From positions 7,870-71,869 of the forward strand of contig DAIDJL010000002.1 of assembly GCA_027450205.1 (NCBI GenBank): DNA of 64,000 bases, written 5' to 3'. Made by a program: the position numbers and the translations under genes. The number at the start of each line of letters is the position of its first letter. Within the stretch, counting starts at the first letter, position 1. The notes below the pieces were generated by a model. That model saw only the letters and a list, made by a program, of their open reading frames with translations. It did not search any database and was not told the DNA's origin. This document shows, piece after piece, positions 10,440-20,405 of this stretch. This DNA is from Candidatus Parcubacteria bacterium (GTDB lineage Bacteria > Patescibacteriota > Minisyncoccia > UBA6257 > 2-01-FULL-56-20).

Positions 10440-11372
10440 ATGAAATCGAAGGTCGCAGGATTCTTCGCGCTCCCCTTCTTGGCGATGGCCCTTTCGGCCT
10501 TTGCCAACGCCCAGGACGGCATCATCAACCAGCCTGCGGTCACGCCGCAGGAGTTCCAGGGAGCGAAAGCTCAACTGGAACAGCAGGCGCAACGGCTCGA
10601 CGGCGTACAACACGACATTGACCGCCTGAGGTCGGATGTTCGCGGCAATACCATTGCTGTGAAAAAACAGATGGAGGGAATGGTCACCACACAAACGCAA
10701 CAAGGCGCCGCCATCAAAAGCAACGCCACGGCGCTTCAGCGGCAGAGCGAGAGCACCGAAAAGGCCCAAAAAGGTCTTCAGGCGCAAATCACCGCGCTGG
10801 TCGTGCGGACCAAAGGCCAATCGATCGTACTGACTGCCGTCTGCATCAGCGGCCTGCTCATTGCCATCGGCGTGGTTTTCTTCGTCCGACGGACGATGAG
10901 CCGCCACGACAGACACGTTACCGAGGCGATGGAAGAGCAGCAGGAGAAAATAAATAAGGAACTGGAACAGACACGAAAGCTGGTGGAAGAGCAACGACAG
11001 CTCATGGAGATCGAATTTCCAAATCCATCGGTCGAAGTGATGGCATCGGTGTGCGCAAAATTGCGGGAAAAAAATCCAAAAAACAACACTGTTCTCATCA
11101 CGACCGTGCTCAACCCGTCGCCAAAGAACGGACTTCCGCATTCCATAACCATCAAAGGGATAAAGGCGGTCTTTCGTCCCGGCCCGCTCGAGGGCCAGAA
11201 ACCGGCGATGTACCTTCCCGGGTCAACCAACCCGATACCCGTAAGCGAGCTCAAAAAAAACGCTGAACGTTTCGCTTACGATCACGGACTGGTGGTTACT
11301 GATGAGCTGGCGACCGAGAAGGTCGTGTCCATGCTCAACAAAATAAACCAGCGGGCAGCAACCCAATCCTGA
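10440..11372 (+). CDS. Hypothetical protein: signal peptide, coiled coil, single TM, C-terminal domain
   Basis: SD GAGGTG; AxA signal cleavage motif; Gln-rich heptads; TM IVLTAVCISGLLIAIGVVFFV. Confidence 0.8.
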   Translation: MKSKVAGFFALPFLAMALSAFANAQDGIINQPAVTPQEFQGAKAQLEQQAQRLDGVQHDIDRLRSDVRGNTIAVKKQMEGMVTTQTQQGAAIKSNATALQRQSESTEKAQKGLQAQITALVVRTKGQSIVLTAVCISGLLIAIGVVFFVRRTMSRHDRHVTEAMEEQQEKINKELEQTRKLVEEQRQLMEIEFPNPSVEVMASVCAKLREKNPKNNTVLITTVLNPSPKNGLPHSITIKGIKAVFRPGPLEGQKPAMYLPGSTNPIPVSELKKNAERFAYDHGLVVTDELATEKVVSMLNKINQRAATQS

Positions 11373-11407
11373 CGATATCCGAATCTTCCCTGAAACAGAT
11401 CGACCCA

Positions 11408-11549
11408 ATGCGAACCGCGTCCTCATTCACCGAGGCAGGGCTGCGCAACGGCAAGATTGTTTTACGGAATGCGACAGGCATCCATTGAGAGAAACCGTTC
11501 ATGCAAACCGCGTCCTCATTCACCGAGGCAGGTCTGCGCAATGCGGCAA
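11408..11549 (+). repeat. Tandem ~47 bp direct repeat (starts 11408 and 11501, period 93 bp)
   Basis: atgcRaaccgcgtcctcattcaccgaggcaggKctgcgcaa(tg)cggcaa occurs twice. Confidence 0.92.
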
Positions 11550-11610
11550 AAGGCTCAATGACATGTGCTGTTGTGGGATGTCCGGGCGATTGAACGGAAG
11601 AGAGGAAGCA

Positions 11611-12693
11611 ATGAAGCGATCTAGGCTCTTATCAACGCTCATCCTGCTTCTCGCGGGACATTGCTTCGCATCCGGAGCAACGTTCCAAGAAAAGCATGAG
11701 TGCCTCCCCTTCGGTTTGCGGGATTCAATCTGCAGACTGGCGTGGGGAGACACGGTATCGGAAGACGTCGCTGCCGTGTACGGCAGTTGGCGAGGCCACA
11801 AGGCCGAATTCGTCAAGGCGAACCCGACGCTTGCCAGCCACCTCGACAAGGTGCGGGCAGGACAGCCGGTTGTCTTTCCGAACGTAACCCTGAACTCTCG
11901 CACCGCCGCACCCGTCCCCGCGATCGCGGAGACGAATCCCGCACGGGAACCGCAGATCCAGCCGGAAGAAATTGCAACAACGACCATCCGGCTTTCCGGC
12001 ACTCCCGTTCCGGCACCGGGAGCGGCAGTGGTAGCGGAAACGGCACTTCCATCACCGCCCGCCTTGTTACCAACAAATGACAAGTCGGCAACGGAAAAAA
12101 CAAAACATCTTACCGGCTATCAAGTGGTGCTTCCCCATTCCCGTGTGTATCGGGTTGATGGAGCACCGTTGATTCCCATCGGATTGAATTTGCCGACGCA
12201 AATCGGCATCTTCAGCAATGCCGATGACCCCGCAAACGGCATCGAGCCGGCGCGGATCATCAATACCACCGCACGGGTGGTAGTAAGAAAGAATAAAGAG
12301 GCCGTGCTCACCGTTCTCCTCCCACAGAACCTTCCTACCCAGACCTACGTCGTCCGGGTGAGCGGAATCGGTGGGATCGGCGGGAAGGAATTCACCTCCC
12401 GCGCCGAGCCATTCTACGGACACCTTCCACACCAACATCACCTTTTCGGGACGCTCCTTACGGGCGGCTCGTTTGTCGGAAGCGGCTTCATGTTGTCCGG
12501 ACTGCTCGGAAATCCCGTAAACGGATTTGCCGCGGCGGCCGGATTATGGGGCACGCGGTGGACCATCCACCACGTCAGAATGGCAGTGCTAAGGCGAGCC
12601 GAAGCCAAATATCAAGCTCGCGTCAATAAAGACAGGAGACTGCTCTTAGCGGAGCAGCAAACAACACAAAAGGAGCAGAAAAATGCGGAGTAA
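11611..12693 (+). CDS. Hypothetical exported protein with LysM-like segment and C-terminal Gly-rich hydrophobic helices
   Basis: SD AGAGGAAG before ATG 11611; signal peptide; WGDTVS..W....FVKANP....DKVRAGQPVVFP resembles LysM. Confidence 0.72.
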   Translation: MKRSRLLSTLILLLAGHCFASGATFQEKHECLPFGLRDSICRLAWGDTVSEDVAAVYGSWRGHKAEFVKANPTLASHLDKVRAGQPVVFPNVTLNSRTAAPVPAIAETNPAREPQIQPEEIATTTIRLSGTPVPAPGAAVVAETALPSPPALLPTNDKSATEKTKHLTGYQVVLPHSRVYRVDGAPLIPIGLNLPTQIGIFSNADDPANGIEPARIINTTARVVVRKNKEAVLTVLLPQNLPTQTYVVRVSGIGGIGGKEFTSRAEPFYGHLPHQHHLFGTLLTGGSFVGSGFMLSGLLGNPVNGFAAAAGLWGTRWTIHHVRMAVLRRAEAKYQARVNKDRRLLLAEQQTTQKEQKNAE

Positions 12694-13636
12694 AAAAGTC
12701 CTCACCATTGTTCTCGTCTTCATGCTTGCGCCACTATTCGCAGCAGCGCAGGCATCACCAAAGGATTGTACAAAGACCATTACGGTTCCGTGCGCGCCGG
12801 CAGTTCGCCACGCACACCATCGCCGAGTGCCCCAGCCTGCTGCTGTCGCACCAAAGCAGGAAGTTCAGGTAACGGTCGTACCCGTTCCCGTGCCGGCATC
12901 GCCAGTACGCGACGAGTATATGGATCACATCCTTGGCCAGATCGCCTACACGAACGCCATCTCGGTCGCGAACAATACCGAGGCGGCGAAGGCCAACGCG
13001 TTGGCATACCAACTGGATGCGCAAACCGCACAAGCGGAGGTTGCGATCGATCAGCAGGCCCAGGACACGAACCAGTTTCGCGCCCAGATCGAGCGTGACC
13101 TTGCCAATGCGAACATCGATCTCATCGGCACCCAGCGTTCGGTCATGAAGTGGGGCGTAGCGGAAGGTTTCTTCCACGATGCAACCATGATGGCCGGCAT
13201 GATCTGGCAGCCGGGTGAGAACTTTGCGATCCAAAACGGGAGCGCGAGCACCGCGGCTCCCACCACGAACATCACCGGCCCGACCGTCACCTCCACTTCG
13301 GGGGTGAGCGGATCAGGCAATTCGGCGAACTCCATCTCCACCTCCGTAAGCACCAAGGCAAACGGAGGCAGCGTTGTCGGATCGGGCAACAGCAAGGCGA
13401 CGGCGAACCCGGTTTCGATCGCCGGCTCAAAATCAACCGCCAACCCGATCATCAGCAGCTCGTCCGGAGCGAGTGCTTCGGCCGGCGCATCGGCCCGCCA
13501 AAACCAGGACCAGGGACAAAGCCAAAGCCAGTCCCAGGGCCAGCAGCAAACCGCCAACCCCAGCCAATCGCAATCGCAAACGGGCGCGCCGCCGGTCAGC
13601 GGCAATCCCAAGCAATGCAAGAAGCCCGGGCAGTAG
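12683..13636 (+). CDS. Hypothetical exported protein with Ser/Gln-rich low-complexity C-terminus
   Basis: SD AAGGAG; signal peptide; overlaps the upstream stop; QSQSQSQGQQQ tail. Confidence 0.78.
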   Translation: MRSKKVLTIVLVFMLAPLFAAAQASPKDCTKTITVPCAPAVRHAHHRRVPQPAAVAPKQEVQVTVVPVPVPASPVRDEYMDHILGQIAYTNAISVANNTEAAKANALAYQLDAQTAQAEVAIDQQAQDTNQFRAQIERDLANANIDLIGTQRSVMKWGVAEGFFHDATMMAGMIWQPGENFAIQNGSASTAAPTTNITGPTVTSTSGVSGSGNSANSISTSVSTKANGGSVVGSGNSKATANPVSIAGSKSTANPIISSSSGASASAGASARQNQDQGQSQSQSQGQQQTANPSQSQSQTGAPPVSGNPKQCKKPGQ

Positions 13637-13665
13637 CACCTTTCAGCAGATCTTTCCGAACAACC

Positions 13666-13706
13666 GAGGCTCAATCCGCCAACCAGCGATTGAGCCTCAT
13701 TTTTTT
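13666..13706 (+). terminator. Rho-independent terminator of the orphan operon
   Basis: gaggctcaatc...gattgagcctc followed by a T-run. Confidence 0.75.
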
Positions 13707-15588
13707 ATTTTATATCGCTCTCATCCGCCGTCTTCAGGGCAAAACTGAAAGTGCTTCCCTTCCCCTCTTCCGACACGACGCCGATCGTACCGCTCATCTT
13801 CTCTATCATTTCCTTCACAATGAACAAGCCGAGGCCGGTGCCGGTGATATTCTTCGTTTTATCGGTCTGGACGCGGTAGAACTTTTCAAATAATTTTTGC
13901 TGCGCCTCGGCGGACATGCCGATGCCGGTGTCCGCGATATGAGTGATGAGCGTCGGCACGCCCTTTCCATCAGCGCCAAGTTCGTGCGTAATCGTGATCG
14001 TTCCCGCACCACCCATGTATTTGATGGCATTGCCCACAAGATTCACCATCACTTCTTTTACACGGTCGGCATCGGCAAGGATCCGTGGAAGCGTTGCGCC
14101 GCCCGGCAACTGCGGATCATACGACATGGCGATGCCCTTTTCTTCCGCAAGCGACCTCAATTCATCGAGTGTGGAGGTGATCGTCGGCGCGATATCCGTC
14201 GGCGCCACTTTGATGGTGAGCCGTCCCGCCTGCGAGCGGGCCACCTCAAGCAGATCATTCACCAGCTGGATGAGCCGCTGGTTCGACGCGATCACTTTCT
14301 CTATAAACGTACGCGTGGCATCCGGGATCTGTCCCGTCGTGCCGTCCAGTATCAGTTGCAGATATCCCTTCATCGCGGCGACGGGCGTACGCAGTTCGTG
14401 CGCGGCGATAAAGACAAATTCGTCCTTCAATTGTTCAAGCTGCTTCAGGCCCATCACCATATCGTTGAATGAATCACCAAGCTCTTCCAGTTCGTCACCG
14501 GTCGTGATATTCACGCCCTCGGTGAACTTTCCCTGTGCGACGCGTTCGGTGCCCTCTTCCAACATGTCGATCGGGCGCACGATGATAAGCGCGAGTACGA
14601 ATGAAAGCAGTACGACGAGCCCGAACACGACGAGCAGCATGACCGCATCGCGCAGGAGCAGGGCGTTGATCACCGCATCGGCCTCGGACGTCGGCCACTC
14701 CGCAACGAGACCCCAATATTGTCCGCCCGCCGGAACCGCCTTGCCGGCCGCGACGACCGGTACGCCGAACATATTCTTATACCGCGCCTGATCGGCGGCA
14801 CTCGTCGCGTCGGTTCCGCCGATCACTTTTTGCACGATCGGCAAGTTCGCCGCGGCAGCGCTGCCGATGACCGTGTTGCCGAAATTCCCGCCGCCCGCCA
14901 GACTCCCGCCGCCGGTCATGATCGCACCGTTCTGGTCAACCAGATACACATAGCCCGTATTGCCGATCGTGGCGGACGCGACGATCTTTTGCAGATCGCC
15001 GAGCGTGGCGGTGCCGACGATGGCGCCGATCACCTGACCCCGCTCATCCGTGACGGGTGAAGCGAAATCGATCGTTGGAACGAGCGGCGCTCCGGAATAC
15101 GTGACCGGCCCAAGGTAGTTACTCCCCTGTTTTGCCGCAAGAAATCCGGGCGAGGTGCTCACATCGGCGAGCGATGATGATGCGACACCCGCAAGGTGCG
15201 CGCGATCCGCGGCGGCGGTTTCCTGCCCCGCCAAATTTACGTATGCCTCCGACTGCAGATATGGCACCGCCGCGAGCGTCTGACCCAGCACGTACTGCTG
15301 GGCGGGAACGGACGACGTCGCGAAAATATTCCCGCCATACGGGATCTCCACGGTCGCATGGGCGAGAACATCGTTCATCATGAACGATTGCACCTGATTT
15401 GCGGTCTGCGTAAGCACCGCCGCCTCCACCTTTGCCACATCATCGCGATGCGAGCTTATAACGACGTAATACGTAAGTGCCGCCGCCGCAACGAGCGGCA
15501 CGATGCCGATGAGCGCCATGAAAAGGAATATCTTATTGCGCAGCTTGCCTTTAAACTTTGCATTCGTTGGCATTGCCATTACATTCAT
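13705..15588 (-). CDS. Sensor histidine kinase (TM-Cache-TM-HAMP-HisKA-HATPase); no adjacent response regulator
   Basis: AAHELRTP H-box, NLVGNAIKY, DTGIG, GTGLGL. Confidence 0.95.
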   Translation of the reverse strand: MNVMAMPTNAKFKGKLRNKIFLFMALIGIVPLVAAAALTYYVVISSHRDDVAKVEAAVLTQTANQVQSFMMNDVLAHATVEIPYGGNIFATSSVPAQQYVLGQTLAAVPYLQSEAYVNLAGQETAAADRAHLAGVASSSLADVSTSPGFLAAKQGSNYLGPVTYSGAPLVPTIDFASPVTDERGQVIGAIVGTATLGDLQKIVASATIGNTGYVYLVDQNGAIMTGGGSLAGGGNFGNTVIGSAAAANLPIVQKVIGGTDATSAADQARYKNMFGVPVVAAGKAVPAGGQYWGLVAEWPTSEADAVINALLLRDAVMLLVVFGLVVLLSFVLALIIVRPIDMLEEGTERVAQGKFTEGVNITTGDELEELGDSFNDMVMGLKQLEQLKDEFVFIAAHELRTPVAAMKGYLQLILDGTTGQIPDATRTFIEKVIASNQRLIQLVNDLLEVARSQAGRLTIKVAPTDIAPTITSTLDELRSLAEEKGIAMSYDPQLPGGATLPRILADADRVKEVMVNLVGNAIKYMGGAGTITITHELGADGKGVPTLITHIADTGIGMSAEAQQKLFEKFYRVQTDKTKNITGTGLGLFIVKEMIEKMSGTIGVVSEEGKGSTFSFALKTADESDIK

Positions 15589-15661
15589 TGTAATACACTT
15601 TGCAAAACACGGCGCCGTCGTGTATCGTTTTTAGGTTCGCCGCCGGCGATCGCCGGCGCAC

Positions 15662-15732
15662 GCGGGATTAGTATAGTGGTAGTACGCGACCTTCCCAAGG
15701 TTGAGGCGCCAGTCCGATTCTGGTATCCCGCT
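15662..15732 (+). tRNA. tRNA-Gly(CCC)
   Basis: Acceptor gcgggat/atcccgc; anticodon arm cgacc-ttCCCaa-ggttg; T-loop TCCGATT; no encoded CCA. Confidence 0.92.
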
Positions 15733-15785
15733 CAACAGCCATCGCAGCGCGGGCACGATGCTAAAAACACGGCAGGGCCGGGGCT

Positions 15786-16073
15786 CTAGTCAGTGGACGT
15801 CGTGTTCGGTCCCGCAGGCACGATGATGATCATCTGCTCACCCGGCTTCTTATAGTTGAAGCGTGCGCGGAGCTCCTTTTCTAAATTGGCCGGATTGGAA
15901 AGGTATTGTGCCTCATCCTGCAGCGACACTTCTTGAGCCTGAGCCTTCGCAAGGTTCGCTTGCACATCCGCCAGCTGGCTGCCCAATTGCCACTCCTGGC
16001 GCACGAACGAGAACGCCTGCGCCCCGATGACGATAAGGAAGAGTGAAAGCACGACGATGGCGGCGATCTTCAT
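15786..16073 (-). CDS. Septum formation initiator family protein (FtsB/DivIC-like)
   Basis: TM + coiled coil + LEKELRARFNYKKPGE. Confidence 0.85.
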   Translation of the reverse strand: MKIAAIVVLSLFLIVIGAQAFSFVRQEWQLGSQLADVQANLAKAQAQEVSLQDEAQYLSNPANLEKELRARFNYKKPGEQMIIIVPAGPNTTSTD

Positions 16074-16124
16074 GATTGTAATATATATAAGTATGAAATA
16101 TTGTCGGGCAGATGATATGCTCTT

Positions 16125-16811
16125 CTATAAAACACAGCTTCCGCCGCCATAATACAATTCTATCGAACCGCTTGCGTTCACGATCACGCTTGAAGCGGCG
16201 GCGTAGTCCGTCCCTACGAAATTCGTTGACGTCGTTTGCCCCGATCCGCCGATCCAGCTGGTTTGGGCGAATACATTATCGGCGTTCCGCGTAATATAAG
16301 AATAAAAATCCATCGGCTGGGTGCTGGAGGCGCCGGTTCCCGCCACCACCACCGTAACCAGCTTCGTGGACGGGTCGTAATAATTCCCGGAAGCGGTAGA
16401 AGTTGCATTGCCGTTGGCATCGCGGTAGACGTCGGAGAGATAGAAGTAACGGTCATAGGTGAAGCAGGCTTGCTGCGTAGAAGAGCCTGCCCCGCCGCAC
16501 GTCGAAACCGCTTCGCCGGTGGTACTTGTGCCCACCGCCACAAAGGGTGACGTCGCAGTGTCCAAATAATATCGGTTCGCCGTGCCGGTTGCGAGTGCAA
16601 GCACGCCATTCCAGCTCCCCTGCGCCCATGCCTGCACGTTATTCGACAGTTCCTGGCCAAGCTGCGCCTGTTCCTGAATATTGCCCGCCTGCGAATTTAT
16701 CCTTAATGCCGGCACGATGACCGTCGCCGCGCCGATCACAAAAACCGCGCCGACGGCAATGCCAAGCAGGAGTTCCATGAGGGATTGGCCGGTGCGGATA
16801 TGATGATGCAT
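16125..16811 (-). CDS. Minor pilin-like protein
   Basis: Class III signal RTG/QSLMELLLGIAV. Confidence 0.8.
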   Translation of the reverse strand: MHHHIRTGQSLMELLLGIAVGAVFVIGAATVIVPALRINSQAGNIQEQAQLGQELSNNVQAWAQGSWNGVLALATGTANRYYLDTATSPFVAVGTSTTGEAVSTCGGAGSSTQQACFTYDRYFYLSDVYRDANGNATSTASGNYYDPSTKLVTVVVAGTGASSTQPMDFYSYITRNADNVFAQTSWIGGSGQTTSTNFVGTDYAAASSVIVNASGSIELYYGGGSCVL

Positions 16812-16889
16812 TACATAAAGTATAGCAGATGGATCAAGGCGCCGCGGGCAGAGCGATAAAAGATTTTGCGCGCAGGACGGATGATACCG

Positions 16890-17351
16890 CTAATAGCTCA
16901 CCGCGCCGGTGGAAGCGACGTAAATAGTGGAGGAAAACGCGCTGTTCTCGTTCGGCATATAAAGGCCGATACTCGTAGACACGGCAGCGCCGGAGATCTG
17001 CGAAAATGTCACATCAAGCGTGGCGCCCGGCGCAAGCATGGATGTCTGGTATGCCACCGTAGGCGGCAGACTATATTGGCTGACGGTACCCGTCGCATAG
17101 CTCCCTTTGAAAAGCGCATAGAACGGCGCAGGCGAGGTGGTGTTCGCAAAATGTACGCCCCAGGACAATCCGTCTTCCTGCGCCATGGAATCGCTCTGCG
17201 CCTGCCGCAATGTTGTGGCGATCTGCTGCGCTGCCGTCGTAAGATCGATGTCCGCGCGCCGTTGGGAAATATTCAAGATCGCCACCACCCCGACAATGAC
17301 GGAAATCGCGATGACGATCAAAAGTTCGACAAGCGTGAATCCTCTCTTCAT
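16890..17351 (-). CDS. Minor pilin (FimT/GspH-like)
   Basis: KRG/FTLVELLIVIAI prepilin motif; LRQAQSDS. Confidence 0.88.
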   Translation of the reverse strand: MKRGFTLVELLIVIAISVIVGVVAILNISQRRADIDLTTAAQQIATTLRQAQSDSMAQEDGLSWGVHFANTTSPAPFYALFKGSYATGTVSQYSLPPTVAYQTSMLAPGATLDVTFSQISGAAVSTSIGLYMPNENSAFSSTIYVASTGAVSY

Positions 17352-18559
17352 TAAAATTGCGTGGTCAATTGGTAGATCGGAACGATGATGGAAAGCGCGA
17401 TGATGCCGACCATGCCGCCCATGACGAGCAGCATCGCCGGCTCAAGGAGCGAAACGAGCGCCTTGATGTTCTCCGTGATGTTCGCATCATAAAAATCCGC
17501 GAGGGTCGCGAGCACTTCATCAAGATGGCCCGCCTTCTCCGAAATCGCGACCAGGCTCGATACCATGTGCGGGAACACGGTTTCGCGGCGGAATGCCTCG
17601 CCGATCGTCATGCCTTTTGCCAGCCCGTCATTCGCAATATGAAGGAGTGCGGTGCGATAATCGTCGACGCCGACGGTGTCGGCGGCGATCGTCACCGTCT
17701 GCGTGATCGGCAGCCCGGCGCGCATGAGCGAGCTCATCGTCGACGCCATGCGCTGCACCGCGAGATCGCGGTAGATGGAACGGATAAAAGGAAGGTTCGC
17801 GAGTGTGCGGCCGAACGCCCGCCTGCCGATGTCGGTCTTTTTGACGAACCACACGGTTCCAGCAATGAGGATGAGCAGGATGAAAATAATGGTAAAAATA
17901 TTCGAACCGATAAAGAGGCCGACCGTGAACACGATCTCGGAGAACCACGGCGGATTGATGCCGCTCTGATGGAATACGCCGGCCACCTTGGGAAGCGCGA
18001 ATGTCACGAGAAAGATCAAAATTCCGCTCGCGACGCACAACAGTACGATCGGGTAGATGAATGCGGAGCGGACCTTGCTGCGAAGCGCGGCCTCTTTTTC
18101 CAGCGTGACGCTCAGCTCGTTGAATGTCTTCTCCAATCCTCCGGACTCCTCCGCCGCACGCACGAGGTTGATGAACGTCGGAGAAAAATCGCGCGGGTGG
18201 CGGGCGAACGATTCGTAGAACGGATTGCCCTTGCTCAGGTCGTCGCGCACTTCAATGAGAAGATTGTTCACTGCAGGCTTGTCAAAATCCTCGATGAGGA
18301 TATTGATCGCGGAGAGCAGGTCGGTACCCACGCGGAGCATGAGTGCCAAATATTTAGTAAGGAAGACCTTGTCCTGCGTATTGATGCCGCCGAAAAACCT
18401 GCGCATCACGCCGATATCCTTTTTTTTGACCGGCTTTACCGACACCGGGCTCAGTTGTTTGGCGCCAAGCGAGCGAAGGACGTCATTCAAGGCATCCGCT
18501 TCCATATCCCCCTCCGTCATCTTCCCCCCCGCGTCCGCAGCAACGTAATGGAATAGCAT
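17351..18559 (-). CDS. pilC: Type IV pilus platform protein (PilC/GspF family)
   Basis: AEESGGL..SAFIYP and SEKAGHL..LLEP; two T2SSF domains. Confidence 0.93.
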   Translation of the reverse strand: MLFHYVAADAGGKMTEGDMEADALNDVLRSLGAKQLSPVSVKPVKKKDIGVMRRFFGGINTQDKVFLTKYLALMLRVGTDLLSAINILIEDFDKPAVNNLLIEVRDDLSKGNPFYESFARHPRDFSPTFINLVRAAEESGGLEKTFNELSVTLEKEAALRSKVRSAFIYPIVLLCVASGILIFLVTFALPKVAGVFHQSGINPPWFSEIVFTVGLFIGSNIFTIIFILLILIAGTVWFVKKTDIGRRAFGRTLANLPFIRSIYRDLAVQRMASTMSSLMRAGLPITQTVTIAADTVGVDDYRTALLHIANDGLAKGMTIGEAFRRETVFPHMVSSLVAISEKAGHLDEVLATLADFYDANITENIKALVSLLEPAMLLVMGGMVGIIALSIIVPIYQLTTQF

Positions 18560-18586
18560 GTATAAATAATACCACAGCCCGCGCGC

Positions 18587-20302
18587 CTATTCGCGGATGA
18601 CGCGCAACACCTCTTCCAGCGTCGTCAGCGCCACCTCAACCTTCTGCAGCCCGTCCTCGAACATCGTCTTCATGCCCGCTTCGCGCGCATGGGCACGGAC
18701 AGCTGCCAGATCAAAATGCGGATTAATGATGAGCTCTTTCATTTTTTGATCCACCTCGAACGCCTCGTAGATGCCGAGCCGGCCGCGGTACCCTGTCATG
18801 CCGCACGCCGTGCACCCCTTTCCGCGGAAGAGCGTCTTTGGAATGCGCACCTTTCCTTTGTCCAGCCCGTTCTCTTTAAGCTGGGTCTCGAGCGTCGCAA
18901 TGACCGCCGGGTCGGCGTCGTACGAATACGTGCACACCTGGCAGATCTTCCGCACAAGGCGCTGCGCGAGCACAAGGTTCAGCACCGAGCTCACGAGGAA
19001 CGGCGGGATCTTCATATCGAAAAAGCGCGGGATCGCGGTCGGCGCATCGTTCGTGTGGAGCGAAGACAACAGTAAGTGGCCGGTGAGCGCCGCCTGCACG
19101 GCGATGTCCGCGGTCTCGTCATCGCGGATCTCGCCGACCATGATGATGTTCGGGTCCTGCCGCAGGAGCGCGCGGAGACCCGACGCAAAGGTAACGCCGG
19201 CCTGCGGATTCACCTGCGTCTGGTTGACATACTTCATATTGTATTCGATCGGATCCTCCACGGTCGTCACGTTGACCTCCGGGCGGTTGAGCATGTTCAT
19301 CAGCGCATAAAGCGTGGTCGTCTTACCGGAACCGGTCGGGCCGCATGAGATGACCATGCCATAGGATTTTTTAAGATTGTCACCCACGATCTTTGCCGTA
19401 TCGGGCAGCATGCCGAGCTCTTCGAGCGAAAGCGGCTTCTGGGACGACTCCAATAAACGCATTTCCACCTTTTCCCCATAGAACGTCGGTATCGTGGAAA
19501 CGCGGACGTCGATGTTTTGGACCCCCACCTGATACCGGAAGCGTCCGTCCTGAGGCGCAAAGTGTTCATCGATCTTCAACCCCGCCAACAGTTTGATGCG
19601 CGCAACGATGCCGGGATGCACCGCCTTCGTGATATCCATAATCTGGTACAAAATACCGTCGATGCGATAGCGGATGAACGTGGATTCCTCCAATATTTCA
19701 ATATGAATATCCGAAGCGCGCGAAGCGAGCGCGTAGGAAAGAATATTGTTCACGATGCCGACGATCGGCAGGTCCACCGCCGCCGCCGCCGCATTCTCCG
19801 ACCGGCTGGTGAGCGACGCGCGGACGTCATCCTCGATGATTTTTTTAAAATCCTGGCCAAGCTCATAGCCGTACACGGAAAATCCGCGGTTAAGGTCTTC
19901 CGGTGACGCGAGGAACGCTTTGATATTGGCGTTCAATCGCTGGGAAAGGAATTCCCGCGTTTCAAGGTCGGAAGGGTTGAGCATCGCGACGTCATACGTG
20001 CCGTCTTCTTCCCTGCCAAAGATCATCACCTGCCGCTGACGCGCGACGTCTTCCGTAAGAAGCTTCACTGCATTGTTATCTATCTTTTGCACGCTAAAAT
20101 CCGCGCGCGGCACGCCGAGCGCGTTCGCGATAAGATCGCTCAAATAATCGCGTTCCACGATCTTTTCGGATATCAAAATATCGATCACGCTCTGACTTTT
20201 GCGCTCGGCTTCCTGATAGAACTCGTCGTACCGTTCGGGAGCAATAAGATTTTGCCCCACCAGCAGCGCCTTCAATTGATCCGAAGCAATAGGAAGTCTC
20301 AT
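18587..20302 (-). CDS. pilB: Type IV pilus assembly ATPase (PilB/GspE family)
   Basis: ASDIHIE, PQDGR, GPTGSGKTTT, LRQDPNIIMVGEIRD, CxxC..CxxC. Confidence 0.95.
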   Translation of the reverse strand: MRLPIASDQLKALLVGQNLIAPERYDEFYQEAERKSQSVIDILISEKIVERDYLSDLIANALGVPRADFSVQKIDNNAVKLLTEDVARQRQVMIFGREEDGTYDVAMLNPSDLETREFLSQRLNANIKAFLASPEDLNRGFSVYGYELGQDFKKIIEDDVRASLTSRSENAAAAAVDLPIVGIVNNILSYALASRASDIHIEILEESTFIRYRIDGILYQIMDITKAVHPGIVARIKLLAGLKIDEHFAPQDGRFRYQVGVQNIDVRVSTIPTFYGEKVEMRLLESSQKPLSLEELGMLPDTAKIVGDNLKKSYGMVISCGPTGSGKTTTLYALMNMLNRPEVNVTTVEDPIEYNMKYVNQTQVNPQAGVTFASGLRALLRQDPNIIMVGEIRDDETADIAVQAALTGHLLLSSLHTNDAPTAIPRFFDMKIPPFLVSSVLNLVLAQRLVRKICQVCTYSYDADPAVIATLETQLKENGLDKGKVRIPKTLFRGKGCTACGMTGYRGRLGIYEAFEVDQKMKELIINPHFDLAAVRAHAREAGMKTMFEDGLQKVEVALTTLEEVLRVIRE

Positions 20303-20351
20303 AATGGTCGTTATGCCTTATAGGTAATGATAGCAGAGCGATGGCCAAAAT

Positions 20352-20381
20352 AAAAAGCGCCGGCAAAATCCGGCGCTTTTT
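20352..20381. terminator. Bidirectional terminator after the major pilin
   Basis: aaaaagcgccgg-caaaat-ccggcgcttttt. Confidence 0.8.
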
Positions 20382-20405
20382 ATGGACAGAACGCGACCGC
20401 TCTTT

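Noticed and set aside
10272..11141. 289 aa minus-strand ORF opposite the 10440 gene
   Set aside because: The plus-strand ORF has the promoter, SD, signal peptide and operon context
11408..11549. CRISPR mini-array
   Set aside because: Only two imperfect ~47 bp copies, and no cas genes in the window
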